Origin: an uncultured Candidatus Saccharibacteria bacterium
GTDB lineage: Bacteria; Patescibacteriota; Minisyncoccia; UBA6257; WO2-44-18
Length of the DNA stretch: 64,000 bases
NCBI GenBank assembly: GCA_964637575.1
Contig: CAZWVU010000004.1
Span: forward strand, 14,788 to 78,787
Reading direction: 5' to 3'
The first letter of the stretch is position 1, and each line of letters starts with the position of its first letter. The notes beneath the pieces were generated by a model. It was given only the letters and a program-made list of their open reading frames with translations, was not told the DNA's origin and searched no databases. Below, piece after piece: positions 26,501 through 35,909 of this stretch. A program made the position numbers and the translations under genes.

Positions 26501-27031
26501 ATGAGGGACTTGGAAAAAGAATTTTTAAAATCCTATGACCAGTACGCCGACCCGATCTTCCGCCACTGCTACTTCCGGGTTTTTAACCGTGAACGGGCGA
26601 AGGACCTGATGCAGGAAACGTTCATGAAAACCTGGGAATACATGCAGAAAGGAGAGGTAAAAAATGTCCGGGCGTTTCTCTACCGGGTGGCGAATAACCT
26701 CATCATCGACAATTCCCGCCGTAAGCAGGAGCAGTCGCTCGACCGGCTGCAGGAGGAAGGATTCGATCCGGGACAAGACACGAGAGACAGGCTGACCAAT
26801 TTTCTGGAAGGAGGCGAGGTGATCAAAGTTCTCAATAAACTGAATCCGAAATACCGGGAAGTGATCCAGCTGCGGTATATCGACGATCTCTCGCCGAAAG
26901 AAATCGCGGAGACGATCGGGGAGACCGAGAACAACGTTTCCGTGCGACTTCATCGCGGTATCAAGGAGCTCCGGGATATCCTGGAGTATGCGGAAAATCC
27001 GCTTCGGGAGCGCAATCAAAAACATGGATAA
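26501..27031 (+). CDS. ECF sigma-70 factor
   Basis: Region 2 (AKDLMQETF.K.W, FLYRVANN) and region 4 HTH (LSPKEIAE..V.LHRG). Confidence 0.92.
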   Translation: MRDLEKEFLKSYDQYADPIFRHCYFRVFNRERAKDLMQETFMKTWEYMQKGEVKNVRAFLYRVANNLIIDNSRRKQEQSLDRLQEEGFDPGQDTRDRLTNFLEGGEVIKVLNKLNPKYREVIQLRYIDDLSPKEIAETIGETENNVSVRLHRGIKELRDILEYAENPLRERNQKHG

Positions 27032-28049
27032 TCTTATCAAAAATTTAATCAAACGGGCGAAAGGAATTTCGTTGAACGGTGTTGAGAGGGCGGAAATCCG
27101 CCATCGTCTTTCTGCGTTCGCGCGCGGGCATGAGGCCCTGGGCGCCGCATCCCGGACTCCGTGGCTGATCCGCATACTGAAGCCGGCGCTGGCCGGAGTG
27201 ATTCTTGCCGGCCTGGCGGGCGGCGGAGTTTCCTTTGCGGCTGAAAATTCTTTGCCGGGCGATCCGCTCTATCCTGTGAAGATCAATGTTATCGAACCAG
27301 TACAGGGATGGTTCGCCGTTTCTTCTGAAGCCAGAGCCGATTGGGAGGCGAAGCTGGCGGAACGGCGGCTGGAAGAAGCCGAGAAGCTCGCGGCCGAGAA
27401 CCGCCTGGACGATGAGAAGCGCGCCGAAGCCGAGTCGGAGTTCCAGAAACACGCGGAAAAAGCCAAAGAGCATATCGCCGCGCTGGAAGCCGGCGCCGAT
27501 CTCAATGCTGCCTCCAATATCAGCTCGCGCATCGAGGCGTCGTTCAAGGCGCACGGAAAAATTTTGCAGAAACTGATGCGCGGCGGGGAAGTCGGCGCCA
27601 AAGCTGACGCAGAGGCGGACATTGCTTCCACCACCCGGGCGGCGATAGAAGCGAGAATTTCCGCCGAGGAAGGTCCGGACGAGCAGTCGGCCGCCGAAGG
27701 GAAGGAGGGAGCGGCGCAGAGCAAGATCCAGGAAGTGCAGCAGTTCCTGTCCGGACTGGACGCGAGTACGACCGCGCAGGCGAACGCGCGTCTGACCGAG
27801 GCGGATACCGTATTCGCGCAGGGACAGGCGGAGCTTTCGGCCGGGCATTCTGGCGCGGCCTTCGTGCTCTTCCAGCAGGCGATGCGGATCGCCCAGGAAG
27901 CGAAATTACTGATCGAAGCGCATAAAAATTTTGAGATTGAATTGAAGCTCAACGGCAATTTCCATCTCAAAGGCGACCATGAAGATCAGCGCGCATCCGA
28001 AGGGGAGGGCAGTGCCAAAACCGAGGCGGAACTTGACTTGAATTTGTAG
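27024..28049 (+). CDS. DUF5667-like membrane-anchored protein (candidate anti-sigma factor)
   Basis: TM segment followed by AENSLPGDPLYPVK..E and AERRLEEA; overlaps the sigma stop codon. Confidence 0.8.
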   Translation: MDNLIKNLIKRAKGISLNGVERAEIRHRLSAFARGHEALGAASRTPWLIRILKPALAGVILAGLAGGGVSFAAENSLPGDPLYPVKINVIEPVQGWFAVSSEARADWEAKLAERRLEEAEKLAAENRLDDEKRAEAESEFQKHAEKAKEHIAALEAGADLNAASNISSRIEASFKAHGKILQKLMRGGEVGAKADAEADIASTTRAAIEARISAEEGPDEQSAAEGKEGAAQSKIQEVQQFLSGLDASTTAQANARLTEADTVFAQGQAELSAGHSGAAFVLFQQAMRIAQEAKLLIEAHKNFEIELKLNGNFHLKGDHEDQRASEGEGSAKTEAELDLNL

Positions 28050-28056
28050 TGGCTCC

Positions 28057-28194
28057 GGCCACCACCCCACTTCCTCGGGAACCGGGTGTCCGTTGCGCTC
28101 CAGCGGCGCAATGGCACCACTAAACGCTCGGCGATTTGCAGGGCACCAAGCCAAATCGCCTCCGCGATTTTCCCTGTGGAGTGTGGTGGTGGCC
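28057..28194 (+). repeat. Structured repeat family B, copy 3
   Basis: Core highly similar to copy 1, with a different outer stem GGCCACCAC/GTGGTGGCC. Confidence 0.85.
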
Positions 28195-28252
28195 TCTTAC
28201 TTATTTTAGGAATCAAAAATCCGCCTCTTCGGCGGGTTTTTGATTTAAGAAC

Positions 28253-28489
28253 CTAGCAGCAGCGGCCTTGGCTGCCATCGCAGCACTTGCACTTTCCCTT
28301 GAACATTTTCTTCAAGCCGATGAGCGCAAGCAGAACCGGCCAGGCCATATCAACAAAATCCGATCCCAAGACGCCAAGCGCTTTCAATAAAAACGCGAGA
28401 CCGATCAGAAAAATGAAGAACCCGGTCGCTTTGTGGTGCGGGCACTTGCACATCATCCCGCCCTCTTTCATCATTCCTTCTCCTTCCAT
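28253..28489 (-). CDS. Small membrane protein with CxCxHH and CxCC motifs
   Basis: Two TM helices (WPVLL); Cys/His-rich termini. Confidence 0.7.
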   Translation of the reverse strand: MEGEGMMKEGGMMCKCPHHKATGFFIFLIGLAFLLKALGVLGSDFVDMAWPVLLALIGLKKMFKGKCKCCDGSQGRCC

Positions 28490-28580
28490 AGTGTGTAGAT
28501 TTAAAAAAATTATATCGACCTTGCGAGATTTTCTAAGTATACCACACTCTTCAATCTGACGTTTGCCCAAGATAATAAAA

Positions 28581-28752
28581 AATCCCCCTGTTTTCAGGGG
28601 ATTTGGTTGGCCCGGGAGGGATTGCCTACAACTCTCGGCTCGCCGTCGCTCGCCTCGGTCGCAGGCCGCCCCTCGTCCACGATTTTCTACTGAAAATCGG
28701 GACTGCGGGCTTCAATCCCTCCGAAACGATAAATCCCCTGAAACAGGGGATT
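28581..28752 (-). repeat. tRNA-linked structured element (family C) with duplicated tRNA 3' end
   Basis: 28604-28624 duplicates 28753-28773; the terminator is duplicated too; the core resembles 49194-49360. Confidence 0.8.
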
Positions 28753-28829
28753 TGGTTGGCCCGGGAGGGATTGAACCTCCAACCTCGCGGATTATGAGTC
28801 CGGCGCTCTACCAGTTGAGCTACGGGCCA
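28753..28829 (-). tRNA. tRNA with CAT anticodon (elongator Met or Ile2)
   Basis: Cloverleaf TGGCCCG/CGGGCCA, anticodon loop CTCATAA, GGTTCAATC T-arm, encoded CCA. Confidence 0.93.
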
Positions 28830-28908
28830 CCGCTCGAATTTGCTTTTCATAATATGCCATACAACCAGATGCTTGTCAATTCTTATCAACGCTGGTATGA
28901 TGTTCCCA

Positions 28909-29457
28909 ATGAAACTGATCCTGGTCCGGCACTGTGAAACCGATTGGAATGCGGCGGGGCGCATGCAAGGACAGACGGATACGAGCCTCAACGAAACGGG
29001 CCGCCAGCAGGCTCTGGATCTTTGCGATCAGCTCTCACCCCTCGGCATTTCCCGCATCTACAGCTCCGATCTGAAACGGGCGGCGCAAACCGGATATATT
29101 ATCGGCCTCCGACTTGGAATGCCGGTGCTGGCCGAGCCGCGCCTGCGCGAGTGCCGTTTCGGAATGCTTGAGGGAATGACTTTCGCGGAAGCCGTCGGCC
29201 ATTATCCGCATCCCCACCTTTATCCGTTCAATGCCCAATTTTATACCAGCGAAAAGCAGCCGTACGATTTTACCGCGTATGGCGGGGAAAGCCGCGGGCA
29301 GGTGCTGAAGCGCCATCTGGAGTTTATTGCGGAGCTCAAAAAAAATTTCCCCGACGAAACGGTGCTACTGATCGGGCACGGAACGGCGCTGAACACGCTC
29401 CTTGCCGAATTCGGACAGGAACCGAACCTGAAACGCGGCGAAATCCGTTTTCTCTAG
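28909..29457 (+). CDS. Histidine phosphatase family protein
   Basis: LVRH(C)ET, SSDL.RA.QT, LRE..FG and GHG motifs. Confidence 0.92.
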   Translation: MKLILVRHCETDWNAAGRMQGQTDTSLNETGRQQALDLCDQLSPLGISRIYSSDLKRAAQTGYIIGLRLGMPVLAEPRLRECRFGMLEGMTFAEAVGHYPHPHLYPFNAQFYTSEKQPYDFTAYGGESRGQVLKRHLEFIAELKKNFPDETVLLIGHGTALNTLLAEFGQEPNLKRGEIRFL

Positions 29458-29460
29458 TGT

Positions 29461-30171
29461 TTATTTGGTAAACGGTTTGTCGAACGCGAGCACCCAGATG
29501 AAATTCATGACGTACCGGGAAATAGTCCGGACATAGCCGTGTTTGCGGAAACGGCGGGAAGAGGAATAGACCAGAAGTCCGGGAGCAAAGATTACTTTGC
29601 CGATTTTCCGGAGCTGTTTGCCGATCTTCACGTCATCGCCGAAAAATTTGTAACTCACGTCCAGACCGCCGATTTTTTCCAGCGCTTCGCGCCGAGCCGC
29701 CACATTTCCGCCGAAGACGACGCTGCCGATGCGGAGAATGTAGTGCACCAGAAAATAGGCCGGATAGGCATATACAAGGAAGCCGTAAAACGTGATGAAT
29801 TTTCCCAGCCCGTGCTGGTCGTGATAGGCATACGGGCCGCTGACCCCGACCACGCCGGGTTTGGAAAGATGGCGGATGGCGGTCTCGCTCCAGTCGGCGG
29901 CGAGCCAGTTATCGGCGTCAATAAAGGCGATGATGTCTCCCGTGGCGATTTTCCGTCCCGCTTCACGGGCAATATTGGTGCCCGGCGTCGTTTCTACGAT
30001 CACTTTTGTCTTCGGATAAGCAGCGGCGATTTCCCGTGTCCGGTCGGAGCTGCCGTTGTCGGCAATAATAATCTCTTTGACCAGTTCCGCTGGTTGTTTT
30101 AGGATATATTCTATTGTCCGACCGATGCCTTCTTCCTCATTGCGGGCCGGGATGACAAACGAAATCTGCAT
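29461..30171 (-). CDS. GT2 glycosyltransferase
   Basis: VIPARNEE, DNGSSD, FIDAD and SSRRF motifs. Confidence 0.92.
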   Translation of the reverse strand: MQISFVIPARNEEEGIGRTIEYILKQPAELVKEIIIADNGSSDRTREIAAAYPKTKVIVETTPGTNIAREAGRKIATGDIIAFIDADNWLAADWSETAIRHLSKPGVVGVSGPYAYHDQHGLGKFITFYGFLVYAYPAYFLVHYILRIGSVVFGGNVAARREALEKIGGLDVSYKFFGDDVKIGKQLRKIGKVIFAPGLLVYSSSRRFRKHGYVRTISRYVMNFIWVLAFDKPFTK

Positions 30172-30498
30172 ATGAATTCTTTACTTGTAAAATCTGTGTT
30201 TGCGGCAAGCGCGGCGATCCTGATCCTTGCTTCTGTATTATTCTACCTGCAACTTGCGCCAATCCGCAACGTGATTGTGGTGGGTTTTGACGGTTTCCGC
30301 GACCTGAATATACTCGGCACGAGTGCCGATATTTCCGCGATTCTGGTGTCCGGAGGGCTGCTTCTTCTGATGAACATGGGTTTGGCGGCCGTCTGGGCTC
30401 CGCGGGAACGGTTTTATGCGGCGGTACTGCCGTTTGTCTCGCTTTTTATCTCGATATTGATTTTAATTTCGGTCGGTGTTACGATTGCTAGCAATTAG
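30172..30498 (+). CDS. Small membrane protein (3 TM)
   Basis: Hydrophobic ORF immediately upstream of rplU. Confidence 0.7.
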   Translation: MNSLLVKSVFAASAAILILASVLFYLQLAPIRNVIVVGFDGFRDLNILGTSADISAILVSGGLLLLMNMGLAAVWAPRERFYAAVLPFVSLFISILILISVGVTIASN

Positions 30499-30504
30499 TT
30501 TCAT

Positions 30505-30831
30505 ATGTTTGCAATCATCGAAACCGGCGGCAAGCAGTACAAAGTAGCCCCCGGGCAAAAACTGAAAATTGAAAAGCTGTCCGACAAAGACGGAGCGCTT
30601 ATTAAAGTCGGCGACGCGGTGTCTTTTGACAAGGTACTTTTGCTCGCCGACGGAGAGGACGTGAAAGTCGGCATGCCGAATGTGTCCGGCGCCAAGGTGG
30701 ACGCGAAGGTGCTCCGCCAAGGACACGCCAAGACTGTGATTGTCTTTAAGTATCACTCCAAGACCCGCTATCGGAAAAAGAAAGGCCACCGGCAGCTGTT
30801 TACCGAGGTGGAAATCACCAGCGTGAAATAA
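30505..30831 (+). CDS. rplU: 50S ribosomal protein L21
   Basis: MFAIIETGGKQYKV and KKGHRQ motifs. Confidence 0.97.
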   Translation: MFAIIETGGKQYKVAPGQKLKIEKLSDKDGALIKVGDAVSFDKVLLLADGEDVKVGMPNVSGAKVDAKVLRQGHAKTVIVFKYHSKTRYRKKKGHRQLFTEVEITSVK

Positions 30832-30900
30832 AAAGAGGCTCATTGAGCCTCTTTTTATGTAACCGTAACAATCGTCCAGAGTTCCCGCAAACGGGAATAT

Positions 30901-31470
30901 CTAGCTGCGGTTGTCCAACGCGCCGGAAAGCGTTTCTTCGTCGGCGAATTCAATTTCACCACCCGTGGGGATGCCGCGGCCGAGACGAGTAATTGTTTTC
31001 GTTGAATCCTTCAGTTCCTGGGCGATGATGGTGGAGTTGAGATCGCCGTAGGTGGTCGGGCTGATGGCGAGGATGACCTCTTCGGCATTGCTGATTGTTT
31101 TCAATCGGAGTTTTTGCATTGCGTTGAGCACGCCGTCTTTTTTAAGATCACCGAGGACGAGGTAGCGCCCGTTGAATTTTTTGGTCTTCTCCAATGAGAG
31201 GAGATCGGTTTCTTTTTCCACGATCGCGATCACATCCTTGCGGCGGCCCGGATCGGAGCAGATGGCGCAGAGATCTTTGTTGGGCGTGGTGAGAAAACAC
31301 TGGCGGCAGCCGCTCAACTCGCCGAGGCCGTTGACCGACCGGGCGATTTCAAACACTTCGCCCTTGCCGAGCGAGGCTATGTAATATGCGAGCCGGGTGG
31401 CCTGACGTGGTCCAATGCCGGGAAGTTTCGCGAAATAATCCACAAATTTTTTTATGGGCTCGGGAAGCAT
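30901..31470 (-). CDS. recR: Recombination mediator RecR
   Basis: LPGIGPR.A.RLA, C4 zinc finger, TRL..GIP.GGEIEF.DE.TL. Confidence 0.95.
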   Translation of the reverse strand: MLPEPIKKFVDYFAKLPGIGPRQATRLAYYIASLGKGEVFEIARSVNGLGELSGCRQCFLTTPNKDLCAICSDPGRRKDVIAIVEKETDLLSLEKTKKFNGRYLVLGDLKKDGVLNAMQKLRLKTISNAEEVILAISPTTYGDLNSTIIAQELKDSTKTITRLGRGIPTGGEIEFADEETLSGALDNRS

Positions 31471-31471
31471 A

Positions 31472-32824
31472 TTAATGCATGGTATCCAAATCCTTGAAGC
31501 TGGCCTTTTCCGCGTCGAAGAACAGTTCGAATTCTCCGAGCGGGCCGTTGCGGTGCTTGGCGACGTTTACCATGGCGAGGTTGCGCGCCGGATCGTTCAT
31601 GTCGTTTTTGTCGCGGGGTTCCTTGCGGGACATTAAGATTACCACGTCTGCATCCTGTTCAATAGAGCCGGATTCGCGGAGATCGGAGAGCCGGGGAGCC
31701 CGGCTGTCGCGCTGTTCGACGGCGCGGGAAAGCTGGGAGAGGGCGATGACCGGGACATTGAGTTCGCGGCCCAACGCCTTCAACTGGCGGGAGATTTCCG
31801 TGATCTGCTGGACGACGTTGTCGTTATTGAGACGCGGTTGGATGAGCTGAAGGTAGTCCACCACGATCGCGCTCAGGCCGTGTTCGGCCTGGAGACGGCG
31901 CGCCATGGAGCGCATCTGGATGATATTGGGCGACGGCGTGTCGTCCACGAAGATCGGCGCCGTGGAGAGCCGATCATAGGCGACCTGAAGCAGAGGCATA
32001 TGCTCCTCCTCATTCAGGCGGCCGCTGCGGAGCTGCCAGAGCGGCACGCCCGCTTCCGCCGACACGAGGCGGTCCAGAATCTGATCCTTGCTCATTTCCA
32101 GCGAGAAGACGCCGACGGGCTGTTTCTCGCGGACGCCGATGTGGCGGGCAATGTCCAGCGCGAAGGAAGTCTTACCGACAGAAGGACGGGCGCCGATGAC
32201 GATGAAGTCGGAGGGCCGGAGGCCGGAGAGAATGGCGTCCAGTTTCTTGAATCCGGTCGGCAGACCGCCGGGGCCGAGCTCGCCGCGCTGGAGCTTGTCG
32301 ATGCGCTCGATGGTTTTCGGAAGTTCGTCGCGCACGAGTGTGAACTTCTGGGATACGGAACGCTGGGAGATGGAAAAAATCCGCTGCTCGATTTCGTCGA
32401 GCGCCGCTTCGAGGTCGCCGCCGACGTTGAAGGCTTTTTCAGTGATCTCCGCCGAGGCGGTGATCAGATCGCGGAGCACTTTTTTCTCCTTGACGATCTT
32501 CGCGTAGTTGGCGACATGGGACGCGGTCGGCACGGCGTCCATCAGCTGGCTTAAATAGGTGGAGCCGCCGATATCTTTGAGGATGCCGCGCTCTTTCAGC
32601 TCGTTGGAAACCGTCACCAGGTCCACCGGTTGGTGTTTGGTGAAAATTTTTAAAATGGAGTCGTAAATTTCGCCGTTCTGCGGATGATAAAAATCCTGCG
32701 GCTGCAAAATATCCGCGACCTGGATGATGGCGTTCTTATCGATCAGCAGCGCGCCGAGCACGGAGTTCTCGGCTTCCAGATTCTGCGGCGGAAGTTTCAA
32801 TCCTGTTTTCTTCATGCCTGCCAT
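31472..32824 (-). CDS. dnaB: Replicative DNA helicase
   Basis: ARPSVGKT, FSLEM, DYLQL, SQLSR, SDLRESGSIEQDAD and KHRNG motifs; no intein. Confidence 0.97.
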   Translation of the reverse strand: MAGMKKTGLKLPPQNLEAENSVLGALLIDKNAIIQVADILQPQDFYHPQNGEIYDSILKIFTKHQPVDLVTVSNELKERGILKDIGGSTYLSQLMDAVPTASHVANYAKIVKEKKVLRDLITASAEITEKAFNVGGDLEAALDEIEQRIFSISQRSVSQKFTLVRDELPKTIERIDKLQRGELGPGGLPTGFKKLDAILSGLRPSDFIVIGARPSVGKTSFALDIARHIGVREKQPVGVFSLEMSKDQILDRLVSAEAGVPLWQLRSGRLNEEEHMPLLQVAYDRLSTAPIFVDDTPSPNIIQMRSMARRLQAEHGLSAIVVDYLQLIQPRLNNDNVVQQITEISRQLKALGRELNVPVIALSQLSRAVEQRDSRAPRLSDLRESGSIEQDADVVILMSRKEPRDKNDMNDPARNLAMVNVAKHRNGPLGEFELFFDAEKASFKDLDTMH

Positions 32825-32882
32825 TACCCTTCATACTACCCGCTTCGGAAGACCGAAAACAATAGGAAAGGGGGAGAACTTG

Positions 32883-34268
32883 TTAAGAAGTTTTTTTCGG
32901 CCAGAGAAACGGGCCGGCGGGCGTGTCTTCGAGGATGTATCCGAGCGTTTCAATCTCTTTCCGGAGCCGGTCGGAGTCGGCAAACTGCCTGGCGGCTCTG
33001 AATTTTTCCCGTGCGTTCGCCAGCTTTTCAGCTTTGGAGGGAATTTCCGGCATGTCCGGCGTGATGCCAAACAAATCCAGCTTCGCTATCAGCCATTTCC
33101 GGATTACTCCGGCTGTTTTTTTATCGAAATTCCAGATCTTCGGGTTGGCGGCGGCGATCAGCCCGAACAGCCCGGCCAGGGCGCCCGGCGTATTGAAGTC
33201 GTCTTCCAATGCCTCACGGAACTTCGTTTCGTAATTTTCAATTTCCAATTTAGGGTCTTCAATCCCGGAAGATTTTTTAGGAAACGCTAATTTAGCGAGA
33301 AACTGGGCGATGCCGTCCAGCGCCGCGGCCGACTGGCGCACCAGTTCGTCGGAGTAATCGAGCGGGGAACGGTAGTGATGGCTCAAGGTGACAAACCGGA
33401 GCAATGCCGCGGAATGATCTTTGAGAAAATCGCGGATGGTAATAAAATTGCCGAGACTTTTGGACATTTTCTGGCCGTTCACGAGGAGGTGGCCGGCGTG
33501 CATCCAGATCGCGGCCAGCGGCGCTTTTCCCGAGGCGGCTTCCTGCTGGGCGATTTCGGCTTCGTGGTGGGGGAACTTCAGGTCGATGCCGCCGCCATGG
33601 ATATCGTATTGCGGGCCGAAAAATTTTTCGGTGATGGCGGTATCCTCGATGTGCCAGCCGGGCCGGCCTTCTCCGAGCGGCGTGTTCCAGGACGGTTCTC
33701 CCGGTTTGGAGAATTTCCAAAGCGCGAAGTCGCCCTTATTTTTTTTGCCTATGCTCTCATCGATGCGCGTTACCGAGTCTTCCGCCTGTTGGACGGTGCG
33801 TTTGGCGAGTTTCCCGTATTCGGGAAAAGTGGCGATATCGAAATACCAGCCGTCGTCCTCTATTTTATAGGCATGGCCTTTGTCGATAAGCGTCTGAATC
33901 TGGGCGGTGATTTCCTTTATGTATTTGGTCGCCGGCGCGTATTTCGTGACGGAATCTATGCCGAGCGCCTTCTCGTCTTCGTGGTAGGCTTTTTCGAATT
34001 TCTTGGCGACGTCCGCGGCGCGCACCCCCTCTTCGCGGGCGCGGCGGATAATTTTATCGTCGACGTCGGTGACGTTCTGGAGATAAAACACTTTCAGGCC
34101 GCGGGAGCGGAGATAGGTTGCGAATGCGTCAAAGACAATATAGGTGCGGGCGTTGCCGATATGGGCGTAATCATATGGCGTGAGGCCGCAGACGAAAAGT
34201 TTAAGAGGGCCGCGCGCAGGCGGTACAAGAGGTTCTTTATGGCCGGAGAGAGTGTTATAGATAAACAT
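32883..34268 (-). CDS. cysS: Cysteine-tRNA ligase
   Basis: HIGN, GRPGWHIE, FPHHE and KMSKS motifs. Confidence 0.97.
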   Translation of the reverse strand: MFIYNTLSGHKEPLVPPARGPLKLFVCGLTPYDYAHIGNARTYIVFDAFATYLRSRGLKVFYLQNVTDVDDKIIRRAREEGVRAADVAKKFEKAYHEDEKALGIDSVTKYAPATKYIKEITAQIQTLIDKGHAYKIEDDGWYFDIATFPEYGKLAKRTVQQAEDSVTRIDESIGKKNKGDFALWKFSKPGEPSWNTPLGEGRPGWHIEDTAITEKFFGPQYDIHGGGIDLKFPHHEAEIAQQEAASGKAPLAAIWMHAGHLLVNGQKMSKSLGNFITIRDFLKDHSAALLRFVTLSHHYRSPLDYSDELVRQSAAALDGIAQFLAKLAFPKKSSGIEDPKLEIENYETKFREALEDDFNTPGALAGLFGLIAAANPKIWNFDKKTAGVIRKWLIAKLDLFGITPDMPEIPSKAEKLANAREKFRAARQFADSDRLRKEIETLGYILEDTPAGPFLWPKKTS

Positions 34269-34302
34269 TCAATAATTTTAAATTTCAAATTTAAAATTTG
34301 GG

Positions 34303-35211
34303 TTACAGCCACTTTTTCTTTTTGAAGAAAATGATCAGGCCGATCACGGTGATGCCGAGCACAATAAAGATCGTCCAGAACCGGAGCGGCGTCGCGGTAA
34401 TGAAGTTTCCGATAAAGCTGACGGAGAGGAGCGACGTGAACAGCCCGAGGGGAATGGCGAGAAACGCGAGGATGGTAAATCTTTGCATGACCTTGTTGGT
34501 TTTGGCACTCAAGAGCTGGCCGTTGGTCTCCTCGAGGGCCTCGATCGTGGCCTGGTAGTTTTCCACGTGCTGGGTGACTTTGGAATAATCGCCGGCGAGA
34601 TCGGAAAGATAAATCTGATTATTCTCCCCCCAGAACTTTCTTCCTGTTTCCACAAGCGATTCCAGGAGAATTTCCTGGGGCGCGCTGATGACGCTGAAGT
34701 CCAGGACGTCGCGTTTTGCGTAGGAAATCTTTTCCAGCATCTCGTCCTCCTTACCCTTGAAAATTTCCTCGGAGATGGTGCGGATGTTGTCTTCCACGTG
34801 GCGAAGCTGGCGGAGGGAAAAATGGATGATCTCCTGGATCAGGAAATAGACGCACTGGGCGGTGTCATCCAGCGCTTTGGTTTTGAAATGAACATTGTTG
34901 TTGAGCGAACGCATGAAGGCGTCGATCGGTTCGAGGTCTTCGTAGTGCACGGTGATTACCTGCTTCTTCGTGATCAGAAAATCTATTTCCGCCCGCCGGG
35001 AAGTTTTCAGGGTCTTGTCGTAGACGGGCAGATGGTAGGTGAGGAAAAGGTAGGTGGGATAAAATTCGACGCGGGAGCGGTTGGAAAGATGAAGAAGCTC
35101 GTCGAGAATGATCGGGTGGAACTTATGCTGTTTTTTTAAAAAATCAATGTCCGACTTGGTCGGTTTGAGAATATCAATCCAGGCGGCGTTGTCAGATTTG
35201 GTTATCCACAT
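34303..35211 (-). CDS. corA: CorA-family divalent cation transporter
   Basis: WID, HP, N.VM..T and two C-terminal TMs; the GMN signature is degenerate (SVS). Confidence 0.75.
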   Translation of the reverse strand: MWITKSDNAAWIDILKPTKSDIDFLKKQHKFHPIILDELLHLSNRSRVEFYPTYLFLTYHLPVYDKTLKTSRRAEIDFLITKKQVITVHYEDLEPIDAFMRSLNNNVHFKTKALDDTAQCVYFLIQEIIHFSLRQLRHVEDNIRTISEEIFKGKEDEMLEKISYAKRDVLDFSVISAPQEILLESLVETGRKFWGENNQIYLSDLAGDYSKVTQHVENYQATIEALEETNGQLLSAKTNKVMQRFTILAFLAIPLGLFTSLLSVSFIGNFITATPLRFWTIFIVLGITVIGLIIFFKKKKWL

Positions 35212-35231
35212 CTATGTCATGATTATAATAT

Positions 35232-35882
35232 ATGAAGGAAATATTACGAAAACCGCTGGTCTGGCTGAATATTATTTCCCTTACATTTGTGGGCATTTTG
35301 ATCGCGGGTCTGGCGTTCGGCTGGAATAATCCGGTCGCGGCGCCGGCGGGGGGAAGCGGGGCGATCAGTGTAAGTCCGGCCGGAAACGTGGGCATCGGCA
35401 ACAGTGTGCCGGGCGCGAAACTGGATATTGCCGGCAACGTGCAATGGAGCGGCACGCTTCTGAACGGAGCGGTGCCATGGGCAAGGCTGTCGGCGTTTCC
35501 GGCCGCCTGTCCCGCCGGGCAGTTTGTCAGTCAGATCGGAGCCGGCCTTGTCTGCGGGGTGCCGCCATCTTCGAGCGGCGTCACCGGCAGCGGCACCATA
35601 GGAAATATTGCTGCGTGGACGGGAGTGTCATCGCTCGGGAATCTGACTGGAACCGTCACGTTTCCCGGAGATATCAATGTCCCCGGTCTTATCACGGGAT
35701 CCCAGACCACCGTTTCCGGACCTCAAGCCTTCAATTCTTCCGGCTACTGGGGAGGCGCGGCCTTTGGCACTACCGGCGGAGCCTGGTCCAAAGTCTGCCC
35801 GGCCGGGCAAATTATGGTGGGCATAGGCCAGGCAACCAACGGAAGTCTCCCGACGCCGTACATCATTTGCGCGCCTCTGTAA
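35232..35882 (+). CDS. Exported fibre/adhesin-like protein 1
   Basis: Conserved N-terminus (AFGW..P...P.GG.GAI), GNVGIG..P..KLD motif, variable C-terminus. Confidence 0.75.
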   Translation: MKEILRKPLVWLNIISLTFVGILIAGLAFGWNNPVAAPAGGSGAISVSPAGNVGIGNSVPGAKLDIAGNVQWSGTLLNGAVPWARLSAFPAACPAGQFVSQIGAGLVCGVPPSSSGVTGSGTIGNIAAWTGVSSLGNLTGTVTFPGDINVPGLITGSQTTVSGPQAFNSSGYWGGAAFGTTGGAWSKVCPAGQIMVGIGQATNGSLPTPYIICAPL

Positions 35883-35909
35883 TACTCGATTTGCTATAAT
35901 AAAAAGCAA

